Of a stretch of 64,000 nucleotides of DNA, positions 53,117-64,000 are shown in pieces; the stretch's first letter is position 1; every line of letters starts with the position of its first letter. A model generated the notes under the pieces. That model made no database searches and had not been told where the DNA came from. It saw only the letters and a list, made by a program, of their open reading frames with translations. The translations under genes were made by a program, and so were the position numbers. Location: NCBI RefSeq assembly GCF_009914755.1, contig NC_060931.1. One strand, written 5' to 3'. This DNA is from the human T2T-CHM13v2.0 reference genome, Homo sapiens.

Positions 53117-56100
53117 TTAAATTGATACATAATAATTTACATATCTATAAGGTACGTGTAATATTTTGTTACATGTGTAGAATGTGTAATGATCAAATCA
53201 GGGTATTTGGCATATCCATCACCTTGAGTATATATCATTTCTATGGGTTGGGAGCAATTCAAGTCTGCACTTCTAGCTACTCTGAAATTTATAATACATC
53301 GTTGTTAACATAGGGAAAACACTCCAGGACATTGGTCTAGGCAACAATTTTATGGCTAAAACCTAATCTGCTGTTGAACATTGGAACTTGGGTCTTCCAT
53401 CAGACTATATATTTGTACTCATTAACCAGCCTTTCTTCATCCGTTACATCCACCCACACACTTCCCAGCCACTAGCATCTTTCTACTATCTATGTCATGA
53501 GATCAACTATTTTAGCCCCCACATATGAGTGAGAACATATGATATTTGTCTCTGTGCCTGGCTTATTTTACTTAATATAATAACTTCCAGTTCCATTTAT
53601 GTTACTGCAAATGACATAATTTTATTCTTTTATCTGGCTGAATTGAATTTCACTGTGTATATATACCATATTTCCTTTATTATCTATCCATTGATGGACA
53701 CTGAGGTTGATTACATGGCTTTGCTATTGTGAATAGTGCTGCAATAAAGATGTGAGTCCAGGTATCCTTTTGACATGCTGATTTCTTTTCCTTTGGATAA
53801 ACACCAAATAGTGTGATTGCTGCATCGTATAGTAGTTATATTTTTAGTTTCTTGAGAAATCGCCACAATATTTTCCACAGCATCTGTTCTAACTTACCTT
53901 TCCACCAAGTGTACAAAACATTCCTTTTCTTCACATTCTCACCAGCATCTGTTATTTTCTGTCTTTTTGATAACAGCCATTTTGACTGACTTAAGAAGAA
54001 ATTTCATTGTGGTTTTGATTTCCATTTCCCTAATGATGAGGGATGTTGAGCATTTTTTATATACCTGTTGGCCATTTGTATACTTTGTTTTGAAAAATGT
54101 CTTTTCATGTCCTTTGCTCACTTTTTAATGGGACTATGTTTTTTTTGCTGTTGTTCAGTTCCTTATATATTCTAGATATTAGTCCCTTGTCTGCTGAATA
54201 GTATACAAATATTTTATCTCATTCAACAGATTGTCTCTTCACTCTGTTGATTATTTCCTTTGCTGCACAGAAGACTTTTGTTTAACATTCTCCCATGTGT
54301 CTAATTTTGTTGTTGATGATGCCTGTGCTTTTGAGGTCTTAGCCATAAAATCATTGCCTAGACCAATGTCCTGGAGTGTTTTCCCTATGTTTTCTTCTAG
54401 TAGTTTTATTTTGGGGTCTTGCATTTAAGTCTTTCCTCCAACCTGTGTTGATTTTTGTATATAGTGAGAGAATGGGTCCAGTTTCATTCTTCTGTATATA
54501 GATATCCAGTCCTTCCAGCACCATTTATTGAAGAGTTTGTTCTTTCCCTAATTATGTTCTTGGTAACTTTGTCAAAAATCACTTGGCTGTAAGTACATGT
54601 ATTTATTTCTGGTTTTTCTATGCAGTTCCATTAGTCTATGTGTCTGCTTTTATGCCAATATCATTCTGTTTTAGCCCATATAACCTTGTAATATATTTTG
54701 ATGTCAGATAGTGTGATGTCTCCAGCTTTGTGCTTTTTGCCCAGAATTGCTTTGGCTCTTCAGGCTCCCGTTTGGTTCTATATAAAATTTTGCATTATTT
54801 TTTCTATTTCTGTAATAAATGATGATCATATATTCATAAAGACTGCATGAAATCCATATCAAACAAAATATTATATGATATTTCATAGTCGATTTCTTTG
54901 GGCAGTATGGTCACTTAAACAATATTAATTTTTCTTATCCATGAGAATGTGATGTTGTTCCATTTGTCTGTATACTCTTCAATTTCTTTCAACAGTGTTT
55001 TGTAGTTTTCCTTCTAGGAGTCTTTCACCGCCCTGATTACATTTATTACTAGATATTTTATTTTTTGTTGCTATTAGAAATGGAATTGCCTTCTTCATTT
55101 GTGTTCTCATCAAGATTATTATGTGTATAGAAATGCTACTCATACTGTATGTTGATTTTGTATCCCGCAGTTTTACTGAATTTTAAAATCAGATCTAAGG
55201 GGTTTTTAAGTGGCATCTTTACATTTTTCTAGATACAAAATAAATGTCAAAAGAACCATTTTTCTATTTCTGTAATAAATCATGCTCATATTTTTATAGA
55301 GATTGCATGAAATCCATATCAAACAAAATATTATATAATATTTTAATATATGATAATATTTCAAATAGCCAAATGGACTATTTGACTTCTTTTTCAACTT
55401 GGCTATCTTTTACTTCTTTCTTTTGACTGATTGCTCTAGATGGAACTTCCAGTACTATGCTAAATAGGAGTGGTGAAAGTGGGCATCCTTGTCTTGTTCC
55501 AGTTCTTGGAGGAAAAGAGTTCAGCTTTTCCCAATTCAGTATGATGTTAACTGCTGATTTGACATACATGGTGTTTATTATGTTGAGGGATGTTCTTTCT
55601 ATGCCTAGTTTGTTGAGAGTTTTTATTATGAAGGGATGTTGAATTTTACCAAATGCTTCTTCTGCATATTTTGAGATGATTGTATGGGTTTTGTCCTTTG
55701 TTCTTTTGATGTGATGTATCAAATTTATTGATTTGCATATGTTGAATCATTGTTGCATCTTTGGAATAAATTCCACTTTATCATGGTGTATTATCTTTTT
55801 GATGTGATGTTGGACTTGATTTGCTAGTATCTTGTTGAGAATTTTTGCATCTATTTTTGTTAGGGATACTGGCCTGTAGATTTCTGGGTTTTGTTGTTGT
55901 TGTTGCACCTTTGGTTTTAGGATCAGGGTAATGCTGGCCTCATAGAATTAGGGAGAATTCCCTCCTCCTCAATTTTTTGGAATAGTTTGAGAATAATTGG
56001 TATTAGTTCTTTGAAAATTTGGTAGAATTTGGCAGTGAAGCCAAATGGACCTGAAATTTTCTCTATTGGGAGAGTTTTTATTACTGATTCAACCTCAATA

Positions 56101-57900
56101 TTCATTATTGGTCTGTACATATTTTCTATTTTCTCCTTTCAATCTTGGTAGTTTGTATTTGTCCAGGAATGTATCCATTACCTCTAGGTTTTCATTTTGT
56201 TACTGTATAGTTTTTTCATAATAGTCTTGGAAGATCTTTTGTATTTTTGTAGTGTCAGTTGTACTGTTTCCTTTTTCCTTTCTGATTTTACTTATTTGGG
56301 TCTTCTCTCTTTTTGCCTGATTAGTCTAGCAAGCATTTTTGTTTATCTTTAAAAAAAAAACCCACTTTTCATTTTGTTGATCTTTTGTATCTTGTTTTTA
56401 GTTTCTATTTCATTTTGTCCTGCTCTGATGTTTATTATTTCTTTCCTTCTACTAATTTTGAATTTAGTTTGTTCTTGCTTTTCTAGTTCACTGAGGTACA
56501 TAATTAAATTGTTTATTTAAAAATTTCTACTTTCTAAATGTAGGCATTCATTTTTGTAAGCTTCTTTTTTGCAATGCTTTTGCCGTATCCTGAAAGTTTT
56601 GATACGTTGTGTTTGATTCTTATTTGTTTCAAAAAATTCTTTGAATTCCTCATGAGTTTCTTGTATGCAGGATGTAATTAGGTCATTTTTAAAATCTATT
56701 CAGCCAGTCTCTATCTTCTAAGTGGAAACTTTAATCCATTTACATTGAAGGTTATTATTGATATGTGAAGGCTTATTCCTGTCATTTTATTTATTGATTT
56801 CTGGTTGTGTTGAATATCCTTTGTTCCTTTCTTTCTTTCTTTTTGTTTTTCACTGTGGTAGGGTGGAGCTTAATTGGGCAGACCTGTCCTCAGGGACCCT
56901 GGTGGTGCATGTCAAGCAAGGCTGGCTGTGGTAGTCAATGGGCCAGGTGATAACCAGGTCTCTGGTGGTATGTCAGATGGGGGGCCACAGTGGCTGTACT
57001 GTGACCATGTTACTGGAGGAGGTGAAGTAGCTTTCAGTGGAAGCCTCCATAGGCAGGAAGCTAGGGACACAAACTTTGCTAATGCTTTAGCCCCAGAGGC
57101 TACAACCCAGCACAGCAGCAGCTATGAGCAGTGAAATTTACCCTTGAGGTACACAAAAAAATGCCCCATTATCCCTTTGCTGTGGGAGCAGTGCTGATGC
57201 TAGTGGCTCGCTCTTTGGTCCTGGCTCTGACTCCACCAGCAGTAACAACCAGCAGTGGTGGAGGCTGTGGGTGCAATAGACTTTTATCATGGCCACTCTT
57301 CTGGAAGATGTCACTGCCAGCAACTCCTGACTCAGCTTTGGCAGCAGCTGCCGCATCGAAGACTGTTGTGAGTGGGGAAAGGTAATGGGGCTGCAGGAAT
57401 GTGAGGATGTAGGGACTTTGGGACCTCCAAGGCAGGATGCAGTCTAGACCTCCAAGGCTTGGCTTTCAAAATGGCACCTTGTTGTAGCTGCTTAGGACTC
57501 TGGGGGTGTGTTGGATCCAGAATAAGCTCACTCTCTAAAGCAGTACCTTCTCACAGTCTCCGGGCAGTTTCCAGTGATGGTCTTAGGTCCTGTAAGGGTC
57601 AAAGGACCCTCCCATGGCTAGGATTGAAGGAGTCCCTAATGGGAATGTGTACTACTGGGGATCTCTCACTTATTCTTTTTCCAAACTGGATAGTCTCTCC
57701 AGGCTCCCAGGTGACCCTAGCTGAGCAGGCTGCCTCACTTCCCTCCCCTTCCTTGATTTAGGTGTTTCTTGTCACTTCTCTGTTGAATTCCAGTATTCCA
57801 TCTTAGAAGATCTATTCAAAGTGTGGTTATCTACCTGCTATTTTGTTTCTTCTTTGTGGAAGAGGCAAGTACCTGATGTGTCCAGTCAGCTATCTGGAAG
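53117..57900 (-). mobile_element. L1MA3/4-like element with both ends present but internally deleted (4.8 kb)
   Basis: L1MA 3'UTR (gaatgtgtaatgatcaaatcagggta); ORF2 peptide [19 protein letters not shown]; GC-richer 5'UTR at 56855-57900; TSD tcagatagttt at 53106-53116 and 57901-57911. Confidence 0.88.
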
Positions 57901-58540
57901 TCAGATAGTTTAAGTCTTCCTATTATTTTTCTTTTTCAAAATTGTTCTGGTAATCTATTATATTTTAAAATATACATTTCAGAGTTAGTCAGTTTCCACA
58001 AAAAAAGACCTTATACAGATTCAATGAAATTACATTGAATCTATAAATCAATCTGAGAAAAGTAGATATCTTAACAATATTGAGATCATAAATCTATAAG
58101 CATGATGTGTTTATTGATTTATTTAGATATTCTTTAATTTATCTCATCTGTATTTTGTAGTTTTCCTCAAACAGATCTTGTGTTTACTTTCTTATATTTA
58201 TCTTTAAGAGTTTCATGTATTTTGAGGCTATTACATTTGGTATTTTAAATTTTGCATTTTCTAGTTGTATATTGATAGCATATAGAAACAGTTGGTAAAC
58301 AAACTTAGTTCTTACAGATATCTGTGGATTCTTTCAGGTTAACTGTGTACATGCTCATGTAGTCTATAAATAAATATTGTTTACTACTTTCTTATATATA
58401 TATTATTTCCTTTCATGTCATATTGCATTGGCCATGACCACAAATACAAAGTTGAATAAAGAAGTAACAACCATATATTTTTCCTGATTTTGAGAGAAAT
58501 GTATTTAGTCTTTATTAAGTGTGATTTAACTCTAGGTTTT

Positions 58541-58852
58541 CTGTTTTGTTTTGTTTTCTTTTCTTTTTTTGAGACAGAGTCTCCCTCTGTTGCTCAGGCT
58601 GGAGTGCAGTGGTATAATCTCAGGTCCCTACAGCCTTGGCCTACCAAGTTCAAGTGATCCTCCTGCCTCAGCCCCACGAGTAGCTGGGACTACAAGCATG
58701 CACCACCACTCTGGCTAGTATTTTTGTACTTTTTGTAGAGATGAGTTTTGCCATGTTTCCCAGGCTGATCTCTAACTCCTGGTCTCAATTGATCCACCCA
58801 CCTCAGCCACCCAAAGTGCTAGGATTACAGATGTGAGTCACTGTGCCTGGTC
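58541..58852 (-). mobile_element. AluJ
   Basis: Diverged full dimer with caagtgatcctcctgcctcagcc; 19-bp TSD tgatttaaYtctaggtttt at 58522-58540 and 58855-58873. Confidence 0.93.
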
Positions 58853-59055
58853 AATGATTTAATTCTAGGTTTTTGGTAAATTTATTTAATTAATTTGAAT
58901 AGACCTACATCACTCCACTAAAATCCAACATCTCCATCATTTACTAAATTTCTATAAGTATATGAACTTATTTCTGTGTCATTACAAACTTTTATTAATT
59001 ATTACTTTCTATTTGTGTACTATTAACATGTTTTCATTACTCTGCCCTTACTTCA

Positions 59056-59367
59056 TTTATTTATTTATTATTTATTTATTTATTTTTACACAGAGTCTTG
59101 CTCTGTTGCCCATGCTGGAGTGCAATGGTGCAGTCTCAGCTCACCGTAAGTTCCGCCCGCTGGGTTCCTGTCATTCTCCTGCCTCAGCCTCCCAAGTAGC
59201 TGGGACTACAGGCACATGCTACCACACCTGGCTAATTTTTCATATTTTTAGTAGAGATGGGGTTTCACTGTGTTAGCCAGGATGGTCTTGATCTCCTGAC
59301 CTCGTGATCTCCCCACCTCGGCCTCCTAAAGTGCTGGGATTGCAGGCGTGAGCCACCGCGCCCGGCC
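59056..59367 (-). mobile_element. AluY/AluSc8-like
   Basis: (TTTA)n tail; diagnostic gtgttagccaggatggtcttgatctcctgacctcgtgatc; ends gcgcccggcc. Confidence 0.93.
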
Positions 59368-60517
59368 TACTTTACATTTTAATGACTGTTTTGAATAGAT
59401 ATTAATTATATCCCCTACCACTCCCCTCAATATTCTGACTATTCTTATTACAAGCTTTGTAATTAGCTTCTCTGGTTCTTCAGAGAGTGTATAGTTAATT
59501 TTATTGACATGTTGGGATTTTGAAAATTTATATATTAATCTACAGACTATTCCTTATTATAATAATGAGTTTAAAAGTATTTGTTTTATTTGTTCTAGTC
59601 ATTTTTTGTGTCTTTTAAGAATATTTCAAAGAGTTTTTCATAGGAAGCTTGTCAATTTGCTGTTAGACTTATTCTTAATGTCTTTTATCTTTTTAAATAA
59701 CTTTCTCTATTAATAGGAGTCCTTCTGTGACACCTTCCTGAAGTTTCTGCTTCTTAATTGCCCTGCCTTTACTCAATTGTTGATGTTCATCATCAAACCA
59801 TTCAGCATGTAAGCACTGAGAGGAACTCCACTGAATTTCTTGAGGTTCAAAACATAGTTCAGATGGCATTTTCAATGTCCAAATTCAATGAAACCATTGA
59901 TATGTTCCTTACTGTAAGCATTCTCCTTTGAAAATCAAGATTCTTAAAGAAGCAATGAGCAGAGTTATCAGGACAAAAGAGAAAAATGATTCAGATAATT
60001 AAGTAACCCTAAAGGAGATTATTTCTACTTCCACCCCTATATTCCTGTATATGTGAATTGTGGCCAGGGTAGTGGCTTTATATTGGTCAATATCTCAAAG
60101 TTTATATAATTCTTGCAGGGCACCACCCAACTGCACAGGATGTTGTCCTAGCCCACACTGTAACTCTGGTTTCAGTAAGATAGTCTGAATTTTGATAAGA
60201 CAGATACTTCTAGATGTGAGACCTGTAATAACACCAATGATTTACATAACAGGAGGATATGGGATACTGACAGCTTCTAATGCATTCTGTAAGTCCAGTA
60301 GAGTAGTGATGGCAGCATTGCAGGATGGAAAGACCTGTAAAATACCTGCAGAGAACAGGTGTATATTCAACCCATGAGGGAAAATCCCTCACCTCAAAGG
60401 AGAAAGAAGTACAAAGTAACCAATCTTCCACAGGGTAGCTGGTTGCCTTTCCCCTCTCTTTGAACAAAGACATATTGTGGGCTCAGTTTTGGAATCTGGT
60501 ATTGGCAAGTTGAGCTC

Positions 60518-60568
60518 TTGGTAATGGAAGTAGCCAGAGGATATTTGGTAATGGAAGTAGCCAGAGGA
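60518..60568. repeat. Perfect 24-bp direct repeat with a 3-nt spacer
   Basis: ttggtaatggaagtagccagagga at 60518-60541 and 60545-60568. Confidence 0.95.
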
Positions 60569-63500
60569 AAACAATGTTTGAAGGGGTCAATTTCTGTGAT
60601 AGAGAGCAGGGCAGGACAAGCATAAAAAGCAGATATAAAAGCAACCAGGCAAATCACTGGCATAGGAGCTTTCTTGTGATAACTTTCATATGTACTTCCA
60701 CTTTCTCCCCTCCAATCTTACCGTGTTATTTTAGTACTTCTAGTATCTCCCCTTACACATTTAAATACACATATCCTGTTCTGATTTCATCAAGTTTATA
60801 TTAATATGATGTAATCCATAATTTTAAAGGGTAAAGCAATCTGCATACTAACATCATCTCTAAATAGGAAATCTAGAGTTTTTTTGGCCAGTTCTCTTCA
60901 CAAAGGGTGATGGTGTTATTGTTTTTACTTTTTAAAATATTTTTTTTTTCATTTTCTGTTCTGAAACCATAATTGCTTGGCCCTTCAGTTGAATAGGTTG
61001 AATGTTCATCTATACCATGCCCTTTTTCCACTGTTTCTCCATTAATCTCTCACTTGTCTTTAATTGGCACAGGAGTTTTCCCCTGAAAATCCTTTGAACT
61101 CTTATTCTAAGGATGAGATTTTTTTTTTTTTGCTAATCCATAGAAAAATGGTCACTATTTCTATTTGATTTATGAAAACTGTTTTTTTAATGAATGTTCT
61201 TAATTTGTTGTTTCTATTATCCCTTTTCTCCTTCGTAGGTTCCTTTTTTTGTAATTCATCTTGTTAATAAAGTTCTTCCTCACCTAGTTAATTTCAGAAA
61301 ATTAATGTCAAGTAGGATAAGGCATTAATTCAGGCTAGCAAGGATTCTTTCTGGTTAACATAAATTCCTTATGAGATGGTTTATGAAATGACTATATTTA
61401 ATTCAAATTTTAGATTCCTTTTTCAGAATAAAACAGGCTACTCGCTGTTCACAAGGTTATTTCTGAGGTGCAAAATTATCTTCTTCTCTCTGTCTATGTT
61501 TTTATACATCCTGAATTCCCCCATGCAACCTTGGCTGACACACTCAGACAGAAAAAACGTGCAAGGGCACTTTTTTCTTGCATCTGTAGTGGAAACCTAA
61601 ATGGGTTTAGTTTTTTGTTGTTGCTGTTGTTTTGCTTTGTTTTTTCAATGTTTATTTCTTCTTCAGTGTCAAAATTCAGCAAATATATTCTGGCTCCTTC
61701 AGAATCTTCTCTTCCTCATCAAAATGGTGTCACTGTGTGTTTCCTTTTCAGTCTCAGAAACTTGATTTTCAATGGGCCAAAGATGGTTCTAGCCAAGAGC
61801 CCATGCAACCATTTCTACTTCATAAAACAAAAATCAGTTTTGGGTTTGGACCTATATGGTACCACTCTATCAACTTTGGGCAGCTCCATGCTGCTACCTT
61901 TTTCTAAGATTTATAGTAATTATGTTTTCTGTGGACACCTTCTCTTTCCCTTTTTGATATTCACCGCATTAAGAGGCCCTTTCTCCTAGCTACAATAAAG
62001 TACAAAAGAACAAGTATCAATTTTACTTTGAAATTCTAATACAGTAACAATACAATAATTAATATGCAATAAAATCCAATTCCATTTAGCTTACAAAACT
62101 TTCGTAGATTAATGTTTCTGTAAACTATACCAACTTTTTTTTTTTTTACTATTTCATCTGGCATGAGAAAATCATCATATAGTTTTAATCCAACATTCTC
62201 TATTAACATGAGTTTCTATGATACAAAAAGACAGAGAAAAGAAAGAAAAATTACGTTGATCCTACCATTGTTTCTTCACTAGTATAATTACATTTATTCA
62301 TTTATTATTTTTCCATTTATTTTAAAATGATTAAAAACCTAGTAAACTATGTAACTACATGAGGCTTATGGCTCAATAACCTGATCATTTCCCAGAGTGG
62401 GGAAAAAACATGAAAATAAATGCAGTTTAATATGTGTTAAATAGGTATCTATATAAAGATGCAATGGGCATACCAAGAAGGGGAGAATTGAATAAGAGCT
62501 TTTATTCCTTTCTCAACTAGTAGATAAATTATTTTTAAAATAGCACTAAAAATCACAATTAAAATGTATTTGCTGACAGTCTAAAGCTCATTGTCAAAGA
62601 AGAAAAAATGGTAGAGACTAAGCTAATGCTACTGTAAGAAGATTTAAACTCTCTCTGTCACTGTGTAAGAATCTGATGAATGGAAGATTGCAGGTAACAT
62701 GGTATAAACTAGGGTATCAGAGATTCAGAAAAAAATGAGGCTGTTTAGATGCTCCTGAAGAATGCTGAGTGGGAGTGCAAGAGATTTAAAAATTCAGTAA
62801 TTTTTTGTAAATGCCATCACATGTTGTTCTTTCCAGCGTAAGGAATGGTCCCAAATGCCTTGACATTTAACCATGTGCACATATAATTATTTTCAAGCCT
62901 CATCCTTTTAAATCTCATTTGAGATAGAAAATTTTTCCTTCTTTCTCCTTTTTCATGCATTTTCCTGCTTATCTTGATGGTTTTCCTTCCCACCACATAC
63001 AGCAGCAATTTTTGTAAATGATTCTACATTTTAAAGTCACTAACATCACATGTGTAATTCAAAGGAATGAAAATCCTCAAAATTCATAGGAATGAAAGTC
63101 CTCAAAGTTGGCCCATTCAATCAAATTTTCATTCCTTGAAATAAATAAGAAAAACTAGTATTTGGAGTAAATCACGTGATATATGTAAATATATTTGAAG
63201 AATTTCTCGGGTGAATTGATAGACAAACACAAGTTTTGCGAGCATAACTCTAAATACATGAGTTCTTCATCTGGGAATTTCCTTGAATTTGGAAACTAGA
63301 TTATATAATTAGTTGCACACCTACATCCCCAAAATGCTTTGCATACAGGAACAATAATTTTGTTGACTAAATTTTACAATTACAGAAATAAATTAGTCTG
63401 ATTCTATATAACTGACTATTTTAAATGCACTTCAAGGTATAGACATAAGAGTACAGGGTTTTATTATAATTTTCAAGTAAGAAATTATTTTTAAGCTGGT

Positions 63501-63574
63501 CTGACTTCATAAGAGTTTTTTTGAGAAATATCACTTTGTCAAACATAGGTAGTCTACCAACTTCAGACTTCCAT

Positions 63575-64000
63575 ACGTCTTTTCCTTCACTGACAAGTTT
63601 TTCAAAGGGGTAGTTTATAACATTCATCCACTTCTCAACTTATTATAGTTTGTCTTTGCCTCCCACATTATTCAGAAGCTGGTCTTAATGACTTTAAAAT
63701 TGACAAGCAAAAGACACATTGAATCATGATTTGAGTTCTGTATATGATAGGATACTGTTTTCCTCATCCCACTCATTACAGCTTCCCTACTTTGACTTCA
63801 GGGACTCTCTCCTTTCCTGATTTAATTCCATTCTTTCTTTACTTCCATCCCTGGGGTTAGTATTTTAACAGCAGTGTTTCTGAGGGTGCCATCATCACCT
63901 TCTTTTAGTTTACCCACTCTCACTAAGAGATGCCATCCAACCCTATTATTCCAAACACTACATATGGGAGATTGCATTGTTTTAGTCAGAATCCTCCTTT
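63575..64000 (+). mobile_element. L2 ORF2 (RT region) fragment
   Basis: cttccctactttgacttcagggactctctcctttcctg...gtgtttctgagggtgccatc...actctcactaagagatgccatcca. Confidence 0.55.

Noticed and set aside
59900-60700. Possible ERVL internal fragment, or a minus-strand exon with acceptor near 60347
   Set aside because: The similarity is too weak to assign by eye, and I found no good matching donor.
61468-61989. Longest ORF in the track (173 aa)
   Set aside because: T-rich low-complexity composition (F/L/S), no recognisable domain and no convincing splice signals. The region 60900-61900 may be an ancient L1/HAL1 relic, but I could not support that call.

Overview
AT-rich primate (most likely human) genomic DNA made up mostly of decayed transposable elements. 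These include L1s of several ages, Alus, MIR/L2, MaLR and ERVL LTRs, two MER11 solo LTRs with perfect TSDs, MER1 and MADE1 DNA-transposon relics, and a defective HERV-IP10FH-type provirus (LTR10F-like) nested in an L1PB-type element. I recognise no intact gene, RNA gene or CRISPR array; the ORF track is mostly TE debris or chance ORFs. The most useful leads are: (i) three + strand segments in unique DNA with good splice sites and one open frame each (1956-2130, 3736-3912, 37393-37536), possibly exons of a gene or lncRNA I cannot name; (ii) a provirus whose 3' LTR stops after about 14-17 nt and joins the 3' end of its host L1; (iii) an L1MA copy with two locally templated insertions, one inverted and one direct; (iv) a twin-primed L1PA. 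I found no convincing new biological system. Repeat subfamily names come from recalled consensus sequences and need RepeatMasker/Dfam confirmation.
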